From assembly GCA_028534125.1 (NCBI GenBank), contig CM052817.1, forward strand, positions 51,710,001-51,774,000: DNA of 64,000 nt. Reading direction: 5' to 3'. A program made the position numbers and the translations under genes. The stretch comes from Lama glama. Lineage: Eukaryota. The first letter of the stretch is position 1; each line of letters starts with the position of its first letter. Below, one piece after another: positions 40,784-54,600 of the stretch. The notes beneath the pieces were generated by a model. It did no database searches, had not been told where the DNA came from, and saw only the letters and a program-made list of their open reading frames with translations.

Positions 40784-42399
40784 TGAGTCAGGAGACATTT
40801 TATATATATATATATATGTATTTCTGAAAGTGATAGTTGCTTAAAAAGATGAAATACTCTTTGCTTACCCTCTGATCCATTTTGTTGTTGTTAAAATACC
40901 CTTCACGCAGAAGCTCAAAATGAGTTAGTACAAAGGAAAGCAAGTTACTGTTATATAAAAGCTTTGTCCCTTGCCAGACAGATCTAGCTGTACTGCGGTA
41001 ATGTTTCACTCATTGTATGTCAGTATCATTTTCAAAAATGAAGAAAGAGCCTTCAAAGAATGAATACTGACAGGCCAGTTTTTATGACATGCATTTGATA
41101 AAGGGAGCTAATCCTCCAAACCAAAAGAATGAATGATATTGATTTAATAGTGGATGCTCTTAGGGGATAAAAAAAAAATCTCTGTTTCTTTACATTAAAA
41201 AATGTAGGAAGAGTTGCATTGCCTATTTCATTTAGGGAAAAAACAGATTTTTTTCCCACATGGATAAATAATTCAAGCCTAGAATAATAGAATCCTGGAA
41301 TTAAAAGAACCATGAAAGAAACCTCTATTCAAGTTCAGAATGATGCCTGACTACATGGCTCTTTGGGCTTTGCTTTTGTAATTTTTCCATTGTTACTATT
41401 CAGTACAGCCCTTTTCATTTTGGATCACACTGAAATTTGATGTTTTTTCTTCAAAAAAAAAACAATTATGAAAGCTAACATTTATTGATCCCTTACTATA
41501 TGCCATACACTCTTTTAAGTGATTTACCTCCTAGTAGCTCATTAATTCTTTATAAAACCAGTATATTGAACAGTCTTATCTCAATATCATGCTGATTTAA
41601 AACATTTCTTTTTTTCTCCAATTACTTCTTTCACCCATGCTCTGTAAAATTTCCCTCTCCCATGCCTTCAGGGATTATTAGACAGGTATTCAGCTCTCTG
41701 ACTGCACTTTGTTGAATCACCAGTACCATGCCACTAATTAAGACTCACTTTCAGATATAAAGATTCAAATCCAGTCTAAATAAGGTTCAATCCTATATCC
41801 ACTTCAAAGTGTTTCCACAACTGCAGGGCCAGCCTGACACTAGGTAGCAAGATCAGGAAGGAAGAATTGTCAGATTTTGCTCTCCTCTCTGTAAGTTAAA
41901 AAGGAGGAGGTACTCCAAGTCTCAGAGCTCCTCTCACTGGCCACCTGCTCCCCACCTCACAGTGCCTTACACGTGTCTGCTTCCCCTCAAGGAAAGCACA
42001 GTCCCGCTGGACGTTCTCCCAGTGTTCCCGCTCTTAGAGACTGTTGCGGGTGCCTTAGCCAGCCCGCCTTCTTCAAATTTTCCCAGTTGAGAAGCCAGGG
42101 TCACACTCTGGCTTTCCCAAGAAATATTCCATAGCCTTCTTCTCGGATAGCGATAGTCAAGGTAGGCTGATGGACTCCTGCCTCTCAACAAGCATACAGC
42201 AAGGCAGTGAACCTCCCCTTCTTTTAGTTACCTAAAATTGAAAATGGGTTTTCCCTGTGCCCCACTCGCTTGGCTTAGTGAAGGGATGCTGACTTGTGTT
42301 TCTCTAAATTTGAGAGAATATAGGATCTATTGTCTTCAACTTTACAAGTTTAGGGACAGGACTATAGCTATAGTATTGAACTCTTGTTATAGATTTAAC

Positions 42400-42545
42400 A
42401 ACCCGTCAGAGAGATACTGTTATTCCCATTTTGCAGTTAAGAAACTGAGCCCTAAGAGGTTAAGTGACTTTCTTAAGGCCAAAAAATATCAAAGTTATAC
42501 CAGGAATTTCACACTGGTTCTCCAAAATTTTTACACCTAACCACG
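42400..42545 (-). mobile_element. MIR SINE core
   Basis: tattcccattttgcagttaagaaactgagccctaagaggttaagtgactttcttaaggcc. Confidence 0.7.
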
Positions 42546-44499
42546 ACACAGTCTCCAGTTGAATCAATGTCTCTGTCCTCCCTTTCATTTCCAACCAGCG
42601 ATCCTAGATCAGCCTTCTAAGTGAATATAAAATATTCAATTCAATATATAACGATTACTCTGGATTGATCTAGTCTAGACAAAGACCAGACTTATTTGCT
42701 ACTTTCTACACTCCAGATAAACGACAAATGCTAACTTGAGATACATGGTTTGGCTTCTCACTTTCCAATGTCATATTTTCCTCTAGTGTTTGTAGAAGTA
42801 TTGTATTCCGTCATGCCAGCAAGCCTCCTCCCTTCACTCAAGGATAGCATTTGTCCCTTATTTGCCTGGTGTTATAACTCCTTCTCACACTTGAGATATT
42901 TTGAATTCTGATTCTGTCACTCAGAATTCTTAGTCCTTCCCAACTATGCGTATAGCGTTGTTATCCACATTATTGACAGTTTTGCCTGATACAGCTGTAT
43001 CTGTCACAAATAAAATAACAGATCAAAGTAGAACATGATGCCAGGTAAATGAATGCTCATAAGTATCTCTGCTATCTTGACTGCGCTTGCTCATGCTTCT
43101 GGGGATTGGCTGATCTTTGCCAGTACACCTTGGCTCTGCTCCAAGTGGCCCGTATCTTTGTTCAGAGACCAGCAGGCTAGCCAAGCTATGAGCTCATTTA
43201 CCCCGTGGCTGAAGGGTGAGAATGAGTCCAATTGCACTTCAGCCGGCAGCTTTCCACTGTCCAATCCATTAATCAGAGAAGCAGTCCAATCACGCTGCTT
43301 GTTATGAATAGACAATATAAAGCTGCAGGGAAAAGGACAGCGAAACAAGGTGTGAAGGATTGGGGACAAATTTTTTTTTTCTGATTTCAGCCATTTGAGT
43401 CTTGATACTCCTTCAGATAAATTTATTTCAGGCTATTTAGAAACATACAAGGGAGTGCTGATATAATATTTTCAGGACCTTATAAAAATAAAAACTAATA
43501 TTTTGGCTTTGGCTGGGTTTTCCAAAAATGTAAATGAGGTTTACAGAAAATGATTACACAATTAAAGGTCTTTCTAAAATGTCACCTTTTATGTGTCTAA
43601 TACATGCTTTACATTTTCTCAGCAAGTTCACTATCACTTGTGGCATTTAGTTTCTAGATATGCCGTTAAGTTTGATATGCCTCAATTTCTATCTACATAC
43701 GTATCCAACAATATAACAGATCTACTGCATTTGAAAATCGTGATTACTGAATATCTCTTTTGGAAAAAAGATTCCCGGACAGCAAAGCAGAAATACTGAT
43801 TTGGAAGTTTTGAATGATGTATTGCATCATCTCTACATGCCAGATACTGTCTGAATCTAAAAGGGCTTGGCCACCACAAAGAATGTTACATTGCTAAGAC
43901 ATGCAGAATAATCAAAGTCCCTCAGAGGAGGCCTTCCGCTGTGTAAAGGGGACAGAATGCTGCAGTAGGTTTCTTTTGATTTAGGATTGCCTCTGTCATC
44001 ACAGAGAAAAACCATAACAACACATAATGAAAATAAACTAAAATGACTTAAGATGATTTTAGGTAAATATCAGACCATGAACTCTGATTCAGGCTTGGGA
44101 AAACTAAGATAATATCCTATAGTCAGTAGAAACTTCTTTATTGACAGCAAACATTTTAAATGTCAACATTTTTCAGAACGTAAAAAACAAAATAAGAGAT
44201 TTTCATTGCATTACATTTTTATATTTAGTGAGTCTTTCTCATGTATTTATTCAGAAATGTATGAATACATAGTGTATACTAAGCACATAAATTGCAAAAC
44301 GTTTTAAAAACTTATCTAAGTAATCCGTTTTTAATTTTTTTTTTAGGAAGTCAGTTTTCTATTACCATTTATGTTGGCCTTGATCTTACCTTTAAAGCAG
44401 CAAAAATATTTGACTCCAAAAGGATGTCAGACCACTTTGTACTGGGTGTGCTTTCTTCCTCTTTCTATTCTTTGTTTCAGTTTCTGATGGGATAGAATG

Positions 44500-44502
<3 letters not shown>

Positions 44503-44530
<28 letters not shown>
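44503..44530. repeat. (TG)n microsatellite
   Basis: About 14 perfect TG units. Confidence 0.95.
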
Positions 44531-44536
<6 letters not shown>

Positions 44537-47500
44537 ATATTGCTGGAATTTTTAATAGTAAAACAAAAAAATATGGTAACATATAACATGTTGTAATTAA
44601 AGTATGAGGAATTTAGTTCTCATCCAAATACTATCAATTTCCACGATTTGACATTAAGCAAATTATTCTTAATCTCAGTGTAATAATGTCTAAATTGAGC
44701 TGACCTGGAGGGATTATTTATATCAGATAAATGAGAAAATATTATAAATCTGTTTTCCCCACAAGAAGAGCCAATTGTTAAATATTTACCATCACATCAC
44801 TATGTATGTGATACATCCATCCTTCACTGTGAAGTGGATGTTCTAGTTGGGTGATAAACTAGGTGGGATTATGTGTTCGTGTCTCACACATTCTAACCTT
44901 GTAATGCTGGCTGGGCTCCCTGGGTGGCAAAAGCAAACCACACCCAGAATAGGTATATGTACCTGAAAGATAAAATTCACCGACCCTTACATGATGGAAG
45001 GGACCCAACCGAGTCACTACTCAGTGAATAGTGCCATAGTAGGTGCTCAGTGTTGGGTTTCAGGTGTTGAAAGGAGAGGCAGCATCCTTTAAATTATGTT
45101 CAGACTATTGATTTACATGCGATGCCAAGAAAATGCATAGCTTATGATCTTTCAGGTGTAGAAATCTGAAATAATGCCAGATTGTAGGAATTCTGGTTTT
45201 ATTTTTTTCTCTTTGTTCATCTCAACCACTTAGATTAATAAATGTAATAGTAATAGTAAGGTAAACTGAGATTATGAATCATTTGGTCATATATTAAAAA
45301 TTATATGGTAAAATGAACAGTTTAAATTGCACTTTAGTAAAATTCCAGTATTTCACAAACCACCAGGGTGCTAACACCATTCATTTCTCCCCAGAGCTAT
45401 GAAAGGAACAATAGGTAAAAATGAAAAAAAAAAATCACTTCAAAATGTCTAAATAGAAAATTTGAAGTGATAGCTCTGAATCTATTTTAAATATAAATTC
45501 TAAAGATGAATTTAGAATTAAAGTCATTGACCTAATTACTGGGCCACGTTTGTAATTAACTTAGAAACCGAGTATTATGTTTACATATAAAAATTTAGCT
45601 GAAAATAAAGCTGTTAAGTAATATAGTCTGGAAATAATTTCTCAGACCAAATAATTTATTAATTCCTTCAAAACTAAGAAATTGGTTTACTTTATTCATT
45701 TCATAGTCACATATGAAGACTAGTTGCTCAGGGAAAGAAAGATAATATTTTAAAAATTAGGTGCTAAAGAAAAAAGGTAGAACTAATTGGTTTCAGCTTT
45801 GAGGAAAAGCACGGTATGAAATATAATAAGTAAATAAGAATGACTTTTCGTAAATAAGAATGACTGTTTTCACTGCATAGGGAAATATTTGATGATAGAA
45901 ACTAAGACATTTAATTTTGGTACATATATGTTGCTAAAGAGAATAACCACTGCCTTTATCAACAGTGAACAGTCTTATAATAAGCAAATTAATAAATAAA
46001 TGAACTTCAAATTATATATGAGTGCAAATGGTACTTTTTATTTTTACCATTTATTTATTTGAGCACCAGTGATAATAAATAATTTCTCAAAATTGATTCA
46101 GCATTTTTGGTAAATTTTTATTTCTATCTATTTCTTATTTATTTGTTGTCTTATTTTATTTCTCAATATGCATGAGATTTTAATATATTAGACATGTGAA
46201 CCATAAGTTACAGTTTTTGTAATATTTTCTACTAGGGTTTGTCTTTTAACTTTTTGTATGTTTTTGAGTTAACTAAGGTGGTAGATGACTCTTAGGTGTT
46301 TTGCTCATAGTTATTCGATTTTTAACCTGACTATTTATTTTTAGAGTCCTTGAGTATCTTGTATTTCTCTGCCTAAATTTAACTATTAGTGTTTCTCAGG
46401 AATCTTTATTTTATGCCCTTCCTGGGGAGATATAAACTATACCCAACTTCAAGCTGTGACCAAGTGCTGATGACCCTCACATTTATAATATCAGCCCAAA
46501 TACCTCCTGTACTCTAGCCAGATTCCTGCAAATGGCCATCTGTAGTCCCTTTATTCACCTCAAATAAAACAAGCCCCAAATTATAGCTGTCAACATTTCC
46601 TACCCCCATAAATGTGCTTGCCTAAAATTAACAGCAATTGCCATCCAGTGTGAAAGGCTTGAACTTGTTTTATCTCAGATACTTTCTCTATACCCTCCTC
46701 TACCCAGATGTTATAAATGTCTCTTAAATCTGCCATTTCGTCTTCTCTCCATCTGCCAGAGCTTTTGTTCAGATGCCATTTCCATTATCATTGAAAGACT
46801 GGTTTCCCTACAGTCTTTCAAAGTTATCTTTATAAAATTTCTATTCTAATCATCATATTTTTTTCCATTTCTCAAATCAAATCTAAAGTGTTTGTTGAAA
46901 AATATAATTAAATTTAACCGTTAAGAAAATAATTCCAATCGGATTTTGAGAAATGTGCTCATTATTATTGGTTTTTGGTTATCACTTAACTATCTGAATT
47001 TTAATAGTTGAATAAACCCTGTATGATTATGTTCAGTAGCATAAACAAATCTCTTCTGGAGTTAGGCATTTTTATGGCAGCAGCAACATTACAAATGTTT
47101 TTGATAAAACAATCTCACAATTAGACTGATACTCACATGTGTGGTTACGTTTAAAATCAATGACGTTTGTAAAGCCTGTGCTACTAAACAGTCATTCCAA
47201 ATTCCTGACAGAAAACAGTAGATGATTATAAACAGCCAGACCTTGACATTATTAAATGATACATGAGACAGACATGCTAATCTAGCCTTTGGCTTATCCA
47301 TCATTTTCCATCCAGAAGTCTCTTTTGAAGTAAAATTATAATTGTCTTACTTTAAAAAATGTGATTCTACACATAATTTTTCATTAAAAAGACATTACCT
47401 TTTCAGAGAAATCACTAGAAAAGTTCATCTCTATTTGATTCCAGATTGCAAGGATAAATAAAGCATGAACTGTTTATTTGGATGTCAGTTAATTTTCCAA

Positions 47501-47785
47501 ATCACCTTTCATCAAGAATTTAGGTTAAAAATTATTACCATTTATTTTTCTTTATAATATGTGAGGAAAGTCTATCTTTTTATATTGTGTGATAGCATAT
47601 TTATTTCTCTATGCTATTTTATTTTACAGCAAGTGGAGTAATTGAAGATGTTAGAAATAGTGATGCTGGTTGTTATTCCAAGAGTAAGGATCAGAAAGAA
47701 TGAAAGTTGAACACTGGGAAATTTCTCCAGCAATTCTGTACTAAATTTGTGGTTTGGGGGACTGGTTCTGTTTCACTCTATGCAG

Positions 47786-47979
47786 GTGATTAAAGCGGTA
47801 GAGGAAGGCTACCGTCTGCCAAGCCCCATGGACTGTCCTGCTGCTCTCTACCAATTAATGCTGGATTGCTGGCAGAAAGACCGAAATAGCAGGCCCAAGT
47901 TTGATGAAATCGTCAGCATGTTGGACAAGCTGATTCGTAACCCAAGTAGCTTGAAGACACTGGTTAATGCATCGAGCAG
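47786..47979 (+). CDS. EPHA5: EPHA5 kinase C-terminal exon, [64 protein letters not shown](R)
   Basis: ctatgcag|GTGATT ... AGCAG|gtacaa; 194 nt; inside ORF 47747..48031. Confidence 0.97.
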
Positions 47980-49268
47980 GTACAAGGCCAGACCTGAGAG
48001 ATTTTTTCTGGATATTGCTAATTCAGATTGATGACACAAATATCAAATTAGTGAAATTATTTTTACATACATGTGAGCCTAGGAACTTATATGACACTAA
48101 TTTATATGAAAATAGTTTTTGCATAATACTATTATTCTTTTATAATGAGTGAAATAGAAATGATTAAATAATACTTAAAAGCACCTATACCTGATCTAAT
48201 AGTATAACCGACGAGTTAACTATAGACAAATTCAGGTAGCACTAAAAAAATATCCTCAAATGTGTGTAGTTTCAAGTGCTTTGGACCCCACGTAAGTTTG
48301 GTTAGGGGAAAATAAGATTATAAGATCATGGGAGAAAGCCAATTAAGCACTGATCCAATTTTAAACCAGAGGTATATAACAACAATTACTCTGATTTTCT
48401 TAGAGTAGATTTCACTGCCTGTCATATTTTGTGAACACTGACAACTCCTTTAGGGATCCGTTTTTCTTATTCAGCTGAATCCAGATATTTGGATAATCAT
48501 TTACCGTGTAGTTTGAACAATACTTAAAACTGATAAATGAGTAATCTTGTTGAAAAAATTTATATGAGCAAATGAGCATTTTTTAAAATTTTCTGAATGC
48601 TTATGAATGTGTTTAAATAATCTTGCTTTATGTAAAGCATTCTTACCTTTTTTTACCTGAAAAATTACAAAACTATCCTCTCAAAAAAATAGATCAGTTT
48701 GATTCTGTACCGATTTTTATTTTCACTATATTCAAGGCAATTGTCTATCTTTACAAGAAAAGGTATTCTGCTGGTAACTGAATTGGCTGCCCATAGTATG
48801 AACTAAATAAGAAACAGTCTGTTTATAAAGTTACATAAGTTCTAGGATTCTGGTATAACATTTGTTCACTAGGCAAAAAGTCATTTTTAAATACAAATGA
48901 GGAATGAATCTTCAATTTCTGTTCAAGCATCATTAACTTTCTGTGGTAGCAACTGGCAAATGCATCTTAGAGATCATTCCTTATGTTGTTCCTGAAATAA
49001 CTGCTTTTAAATTGTTTATTGTCATGTAAAATATTGTTTTTCTCTCATCTACTTGTTTGAATTATGTTAAGTTGTCACAAATGGACATAAGGAAGGGAAA
49101 TCATAAAAAGATACTTTTATGTTCTAAATTATATTAATTTATCTCAGCATCATCATTATAGCTTGAAAGCAGTTTAAAATCTCCAAAGAATTTTTATGTT
49201 TCCTTGTTTGCATTATATAGAATTCAGCTTGCTAGGATTCATTTAAACAGATTTAGCTTAAGACTCCA

Positions 49269-49420
49269 CAGTCACCCCTCTGTATCTGCAGAGATGGAAA
49301 GCAACTGTACTGCATACACCATTTTATATAATGGACTTGAGCATCCATGGATTTTGGTATCCACGGGGTAGGGGAGCGGGCTCCTGGAACCAGTCCTCTG
49401 CAGATACTGAGGGAGGGCTG
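49269..49420. mobile_element. Tigger2/MER2-family non-autonomous element (MITE)
   Basis: About 25-bp terminal inverted repeats (cagtcacccctctgtatctgcagag / ctctgcagatactgagggagggctg), TA on the right flank, internal ccattttatataatggacttgagcatccatggattttggtatcc. Confidence 0.8.
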
Positions 49421-49789
49421 TACCACTCACTGACCCATCTTTATTCAGTCATCTAAATCCTGGTTCTAGGTATTAGTTCCTGATTCATTGTCTCTTTCTT
49501 CCTATCCCTACCCATGTCACAAAACTAGATTTTTTGAGTAACCATGTAGATGACATTCATAAATCTCTCAATACCTTGAATTTTCTTCTTTCAATGATTT
49601 TGGTCTCTAACCTACCTTAGTTAGACTCCTCTTCATAGCATTTTCTAGATTTGGCTATTACCCAAGAAACTGCAACTCTTCTATAATCTCTACTTCAAGA
49701 TCCTATTCACTATTTCCTCCTGTATTTCTGTCTTCAACCAATCTTTAACTCCACTATTTAATGACTACAAATTACCACACAATATCTAC

Positions 49790-50710
49790 TTATACATCCA
49801 ATAAATATTCATGTGTCTACTCTGTGTCATGCTGTGGGCTAGGTGCTGAGTATATAGCATTGAGCAACACATAATTGGGGGTGAGAGAGATGAAGCAAAC
49901 TAAAAGCAATACAAAACAAACTTTAGTTTTGGAGTAGAGAGTAAGAGTAGAATTTAGGAGGATAACTGTGGGCTAGGGTAGTTGTGCAGGTAAGACATGA
50001 TGATGTCTCGAACTAAGGTGATGACAAACTAAATGGAGAAAAGTGCTCAGATTTGCAATATATTGGAGGCAGAATGGGTAGTACTCACAATGATGGATTG
50101 TGAGGGGATTGAAGACAAGGAAGGAGCTGACTATTGTATCATAGACTAGGAAGAGGAGCAGTTTAGGAGAAACTGGATGTGGAGGAAATGAGTATTCTGA
50201 CTTTGGACATGTTGTGATGCCAATCCTGTGAGAAATATGAAGTAAGCATATGAATATACAAGAGAACGAAGCAGAAGATGAAACTGGAGAAAAAGAGATG
50301 CTATTTGAAACACGAAAGTGTGTAAAACTGCCTAAAGTAGAGTGGAGTTATAGCCTGAGTAGAAAAGATGCAGGACCAAATCCTGGCCACCTCCAGATTT
50401 GAAAGTCAGGCCAAGAAGCAAGCAAAGGAGATTGAAGAGAAGCATACAATATTATGGTGGCCAAGAAAGAGAGAACAGTGATTCAAAAAAGACTGAGATA
50501 AGGTAAGATGTCAAGAGGGAGGTGGTAGGGGTGGTTGTGCAATGTCTCTGGGAGGTCAGTGAACTTACATATTGGAAAATTCTTCACAGATTTTGACAAA
50601 ATAGAGGTCATTGCTCACCTTAACCAGAGCAATTTTTATAGAATTGGTTTGGAAGACAATACACTTGGAGTAGGTTGAAGTGTAAGTGGGATGTGAGAAA
50701 GTACAGAGAA
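49790..50710 (-). mobile_element. L2 LINE fragment
   Basis: catccaataaatattcatgtgtctactctgtgtcatgctgtgggctaggtgctgag start; ctttggacatgttg and gaggtcattgctcaccttaaccagagcaatttt motifs. Confidence 0.65.
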
Positions 50711-51523
50711 CATGAGTGCAGAGAAAGGTATTTTGTCCTGTATCTTGTGGTTGAAATGTACTTAGGTAAACTCACAGCGATGGCCATTTAAATTACTTTT
50801 GATGTTTACTTTCATTAATGAAAAAGTGTGCATGTGCTTTTTTGCCATTTTTCCTGATTATTTCCTTAGGATACATTTCCAGAAATCATCATCATCAATC
50901 ATATCATATATAATTGACCAAAGAGTATAAATTTAGTATAGTTAAAAGCATTGCATGATTTGGTAAATTCCATTCCATTTTCTTATATATTTGGAGTTAC
51001 ATTTTATTTTCCAGTTCTACTACTCCTAGGTGAATTAACAAGCACCCCTCTGTGTAAGAGCATAAAATAAAGGATAACTAACTTCTGGTCTCCTAGGAAA
51101 TTAGCTTAAATGAGCATGAGTTTCTCTAGTGAAGTCTAGAAACGATTGACTTTATACAAATTATCCTACATATCTCTATTTGGTAGCATTTTCTATATTA
51201 TTTTTATAAAGAAAACAATAGGAGGATGTAAATATATCTAAGTCACTAGATGGAGTTTTTAGCTAATATTTTGTATGACCAGAAATTTACTTATTAAGAC
51301 CTATTATATGTCTTCATTAACTATAGATAGAAAAAAATCTGAATAGACTTATTTTGTGTTCTGTATTTTGAATTATTTTTTCCTTGTTAGCATTTGTATA
51401 TTTTTCTTCTATAAATGTGCTTAAAGGCTCAAAGATCTATTGGTTATGAGGTAATATTACAATATAATTTTTTAGGAAAAATTTAAAATGTTACTTTTAA
51501 TATTTGTGTTTTATGTATTTTAG

Positions 51524-51679
51524 AGTATCTACTTTATTGGCAGAACATGGCCCACTGGGATCTGGGGCCTACAGATCAGTGGGTGAATGGCTAGAAGCAA
51601 TCAAAATGGGCCGATATACAGAGATTTTCATGGAAAATGGATACAGTTCAATGGACGCTGTGGCTCAGGTGACCTTGGA
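51524..51679 (+). CDS. EPHA5: EPHA5 linker and SAM domain exon, [51 protein letters not shown](E)
   Basis: tattttag|AGTATCT ... TTGGA|gtgagt; 156 nt, phase 2/2; SAM signature [14 protein letters not shown]. Confidence 0.96.
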
Positions 51680-54600
51680 GTGAGTAATTTTTTCTGATAA
51701 TTTTTACATAATTGCTGGGGCGAGAAAACTTGTTCAGAAACCAATCTGGATGAGGTCAAGGGAAATCGGTTAACCTTGTGGCAGCTTTCAAAGAAGCCTC
51801 TTTATTTTTAGCCTGTATTGTTAACAACTGCATGGTTTAATGCTACTTGTGGCCAGTATCTTTGCTGCTTTGCTTCAAACAAATCACATTTGAGTATTCA
51901 AATAATTGGAATAACATCTCCTTGGCAAAATACTGGTACTTTGTGTTGTGGAAAAGATGTTTTCTTGACAAAGTCTTTATGCTGGAACCTATGTTATATG
52001 AATGTAAATACAAAATAAAACTGTAAGCACAATTGGTGTGGCTAGCCCTACAACAAAACACGTTCTCAAATAGTGGCAATGATGGATACCCAGGCAACAG
52101 CAGCTTAAATAAAGCTTCCCAGGCAGGAATCTTGTTTACTCTCTAAATGGTGCAACTTATATTCTTGCAGTCCAAGGATATATTAAATCCTGCCTCTAAT
52201 TTCTTATTTGGTACAATCTCAGTGGAACCAATTGTGCCCTTTTCTGTTTGCACGCTTAAGATAAAATTTATTAAATCTTATTAAATAAAAATCACTAGAG
52301 TTAAAAATGGAATTCTTTAAGGTTGTAAGTTGTTTGTATTTTATTATATAATCTGTATGTGTAATTATTTCAGACTAATATTTGTTATTTGTGAAAATTA
52401 ACTGTCATTATGGTGGTTACATCTAGATTACATTAACACGAATGATGTTTTAACCTGTGACTATAATGATAACTTACTTCAAATTACCTACCAATTCAAA
52501 GGTTAAAATATTGTTGTAAGGTTTAAAACATGGTAGAACATTCTAAAGCACTAAACCACAGTCCTCTTCCATTACTTCGCATCATATGCACACTTGAATG
52601 TGTGGGTCTCACCATTTCCATCATGGCATTCTCTGGTTCTTTGAATTCACTGTCCATCCACACAAAAGGTAACAGGGTACCATCATTTATCACCAAATAA
52701 TGTCACATTCTCAGCATTTCTCTTCTTTCTTTCTATAACTAAAAAGATCTAAAATCACCACTCAGCTTGCTGTCTTAATTTATTGAATATCATTTTCACC
52801 ATCATCACTAAATCATATCTATTTGGTGACACATATACTTTGCCCATTATTTCTCTGGACACTCAAAAACTCGTTAGCGCTCTATTTAAAATAGTAAACA
52901 GAAAATTTTACTGATAATTTAAAACTATTTTTACATGATTGCTATTTAATTTTTCAGTAAAAAATGGTCATTTTAATTTATTAAAGTCATTTGTCATTTT
53001 ATATTAAAATGATACTGTAGGTATTTCTTCTACCCGATGTCAGATTACTTGTAAATATATAATAAAATTATTTGCATTAAACTATGTCTCTTTTTTTATT
53101 AACATAGCACATATACATATATATGTTTGTATCATTACTTTTTTGCTTCTCCCTACACAGAATAGTTATAATCACCAATAATGGTTTTGCATTAACTACC
53201 TGTCTTACTTTCTTTGGGGGCCCAAAATACTATAAATATGTTGAATATTTTAGAATTATGGTTTCAGTTTTCCTAATTTCTTTTAATTCTTTTCTCTTTA
53301 CTTTCCTATTTACTCTTCTACCTCCAAACTCTCTCATCTTGTGTATTTTCTTTCAAGCCCTTAAAGCTTCTTCTATCTTTGCGTGATGGTCTGCACCTTA
53401 TCTCTATTCTCCAGTAATTTTTGTCCAGTCAGTTCTTCTCTACTTGGTTCAATTTCTTCTGTCTGTCTCTGTTACTTTGGTAGCTTGCTGTCTCCTGCTA
53501 TATTGCCTCCTTTCAAATATTTTGTTTTAATTTATTTACTCTGACCAAAAGAGTAAGGTAAAATTAAAAGACTTCCCAACATCTTCCTGTTCAGATAATG
53601 TTGGTCTCCATGTGTCAATTGCTTCAGTTTCCTGGGACCATATATTCCTTACTAGGAATGGAGCCAGCCAACCTTAACTCCAGTGAAGCTGATTTCTTGA
53701 AGAATCCAACACCTTTTAAGTATATGTCCTCTTGTTCATTGGGTTTCTGACCACATTTTTTCCCTGTTAGTAAGAAGATATTTATCAAAATATTTTATGT
53801 TAAATAACTCACAAAATGGTGGGTAATCAGTTACTTGTTTGGTCAGGAATATAAGAAAAAAATTATCTGAGCACTTTGCCTGCCCTTCACGAAAAAAGTC
53901 AGTCATTATTAAAGATTATGGCAAAGGAACTAAGATATCAGTAAAGAAATACAAATGCTTAAATACTTAGATAATGACTTCTTTACACATGGTCTTTGCC
54001 CATATCTATTAATTTTATGTGTGATACTATAATAAAATAAAATATTAGTGCCAATGTTATTGCCAGAGTATAACAGAAACTGAGAACCAGAAGAATATAT
54101 TTATAAATGCTTAGAAAAACTGAAATTAATTAATATAAAGCAAAAGATCAAACTGTTATATACTTATATACGTAAAACATGTTATAACTTGTGCCATCAA
54201 ATTTGTTCTTGTGGTGGGTTTAAAATAAGGAAGAGTAAAAAATTAAAATTTTTCAGAACCCCATACTTTGTTAAAAATTTCCATCAGAAAAGTTTAATTT
54301 TATTTCTGGTTTTTTGCCAGCACATATATATATGGCTTGATGTGGAATAGAAATGAAGAATTTCGAGATCTTAGAGTTAAAAATGTGTTCAGTGAAAGTG
54401 GCTTCCAGTCTTAGATGTTTCCGTCTGCGTTCTCTATGCCTAAGCATTGCTATTCTGTGTTCGGTACTCATATTAGAACAATTATTGTAGCAGTAATGGC
54501 TCAACCTGTACTATGGGGTTTAAGTGCAGTGAGTTATGGACAGGGGAAACTGTGAGTTTGAGGTGAGTTGTGAATTTAATCCAAAGATCTGAATAAAGAA

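Noticed and set aside
41800..42240. GC-richer patch as a possible exon or regulatory island
   Set aside because: No usable splice-site pair or motif cluster seen; it may be an old repeat fragment I cannot name.
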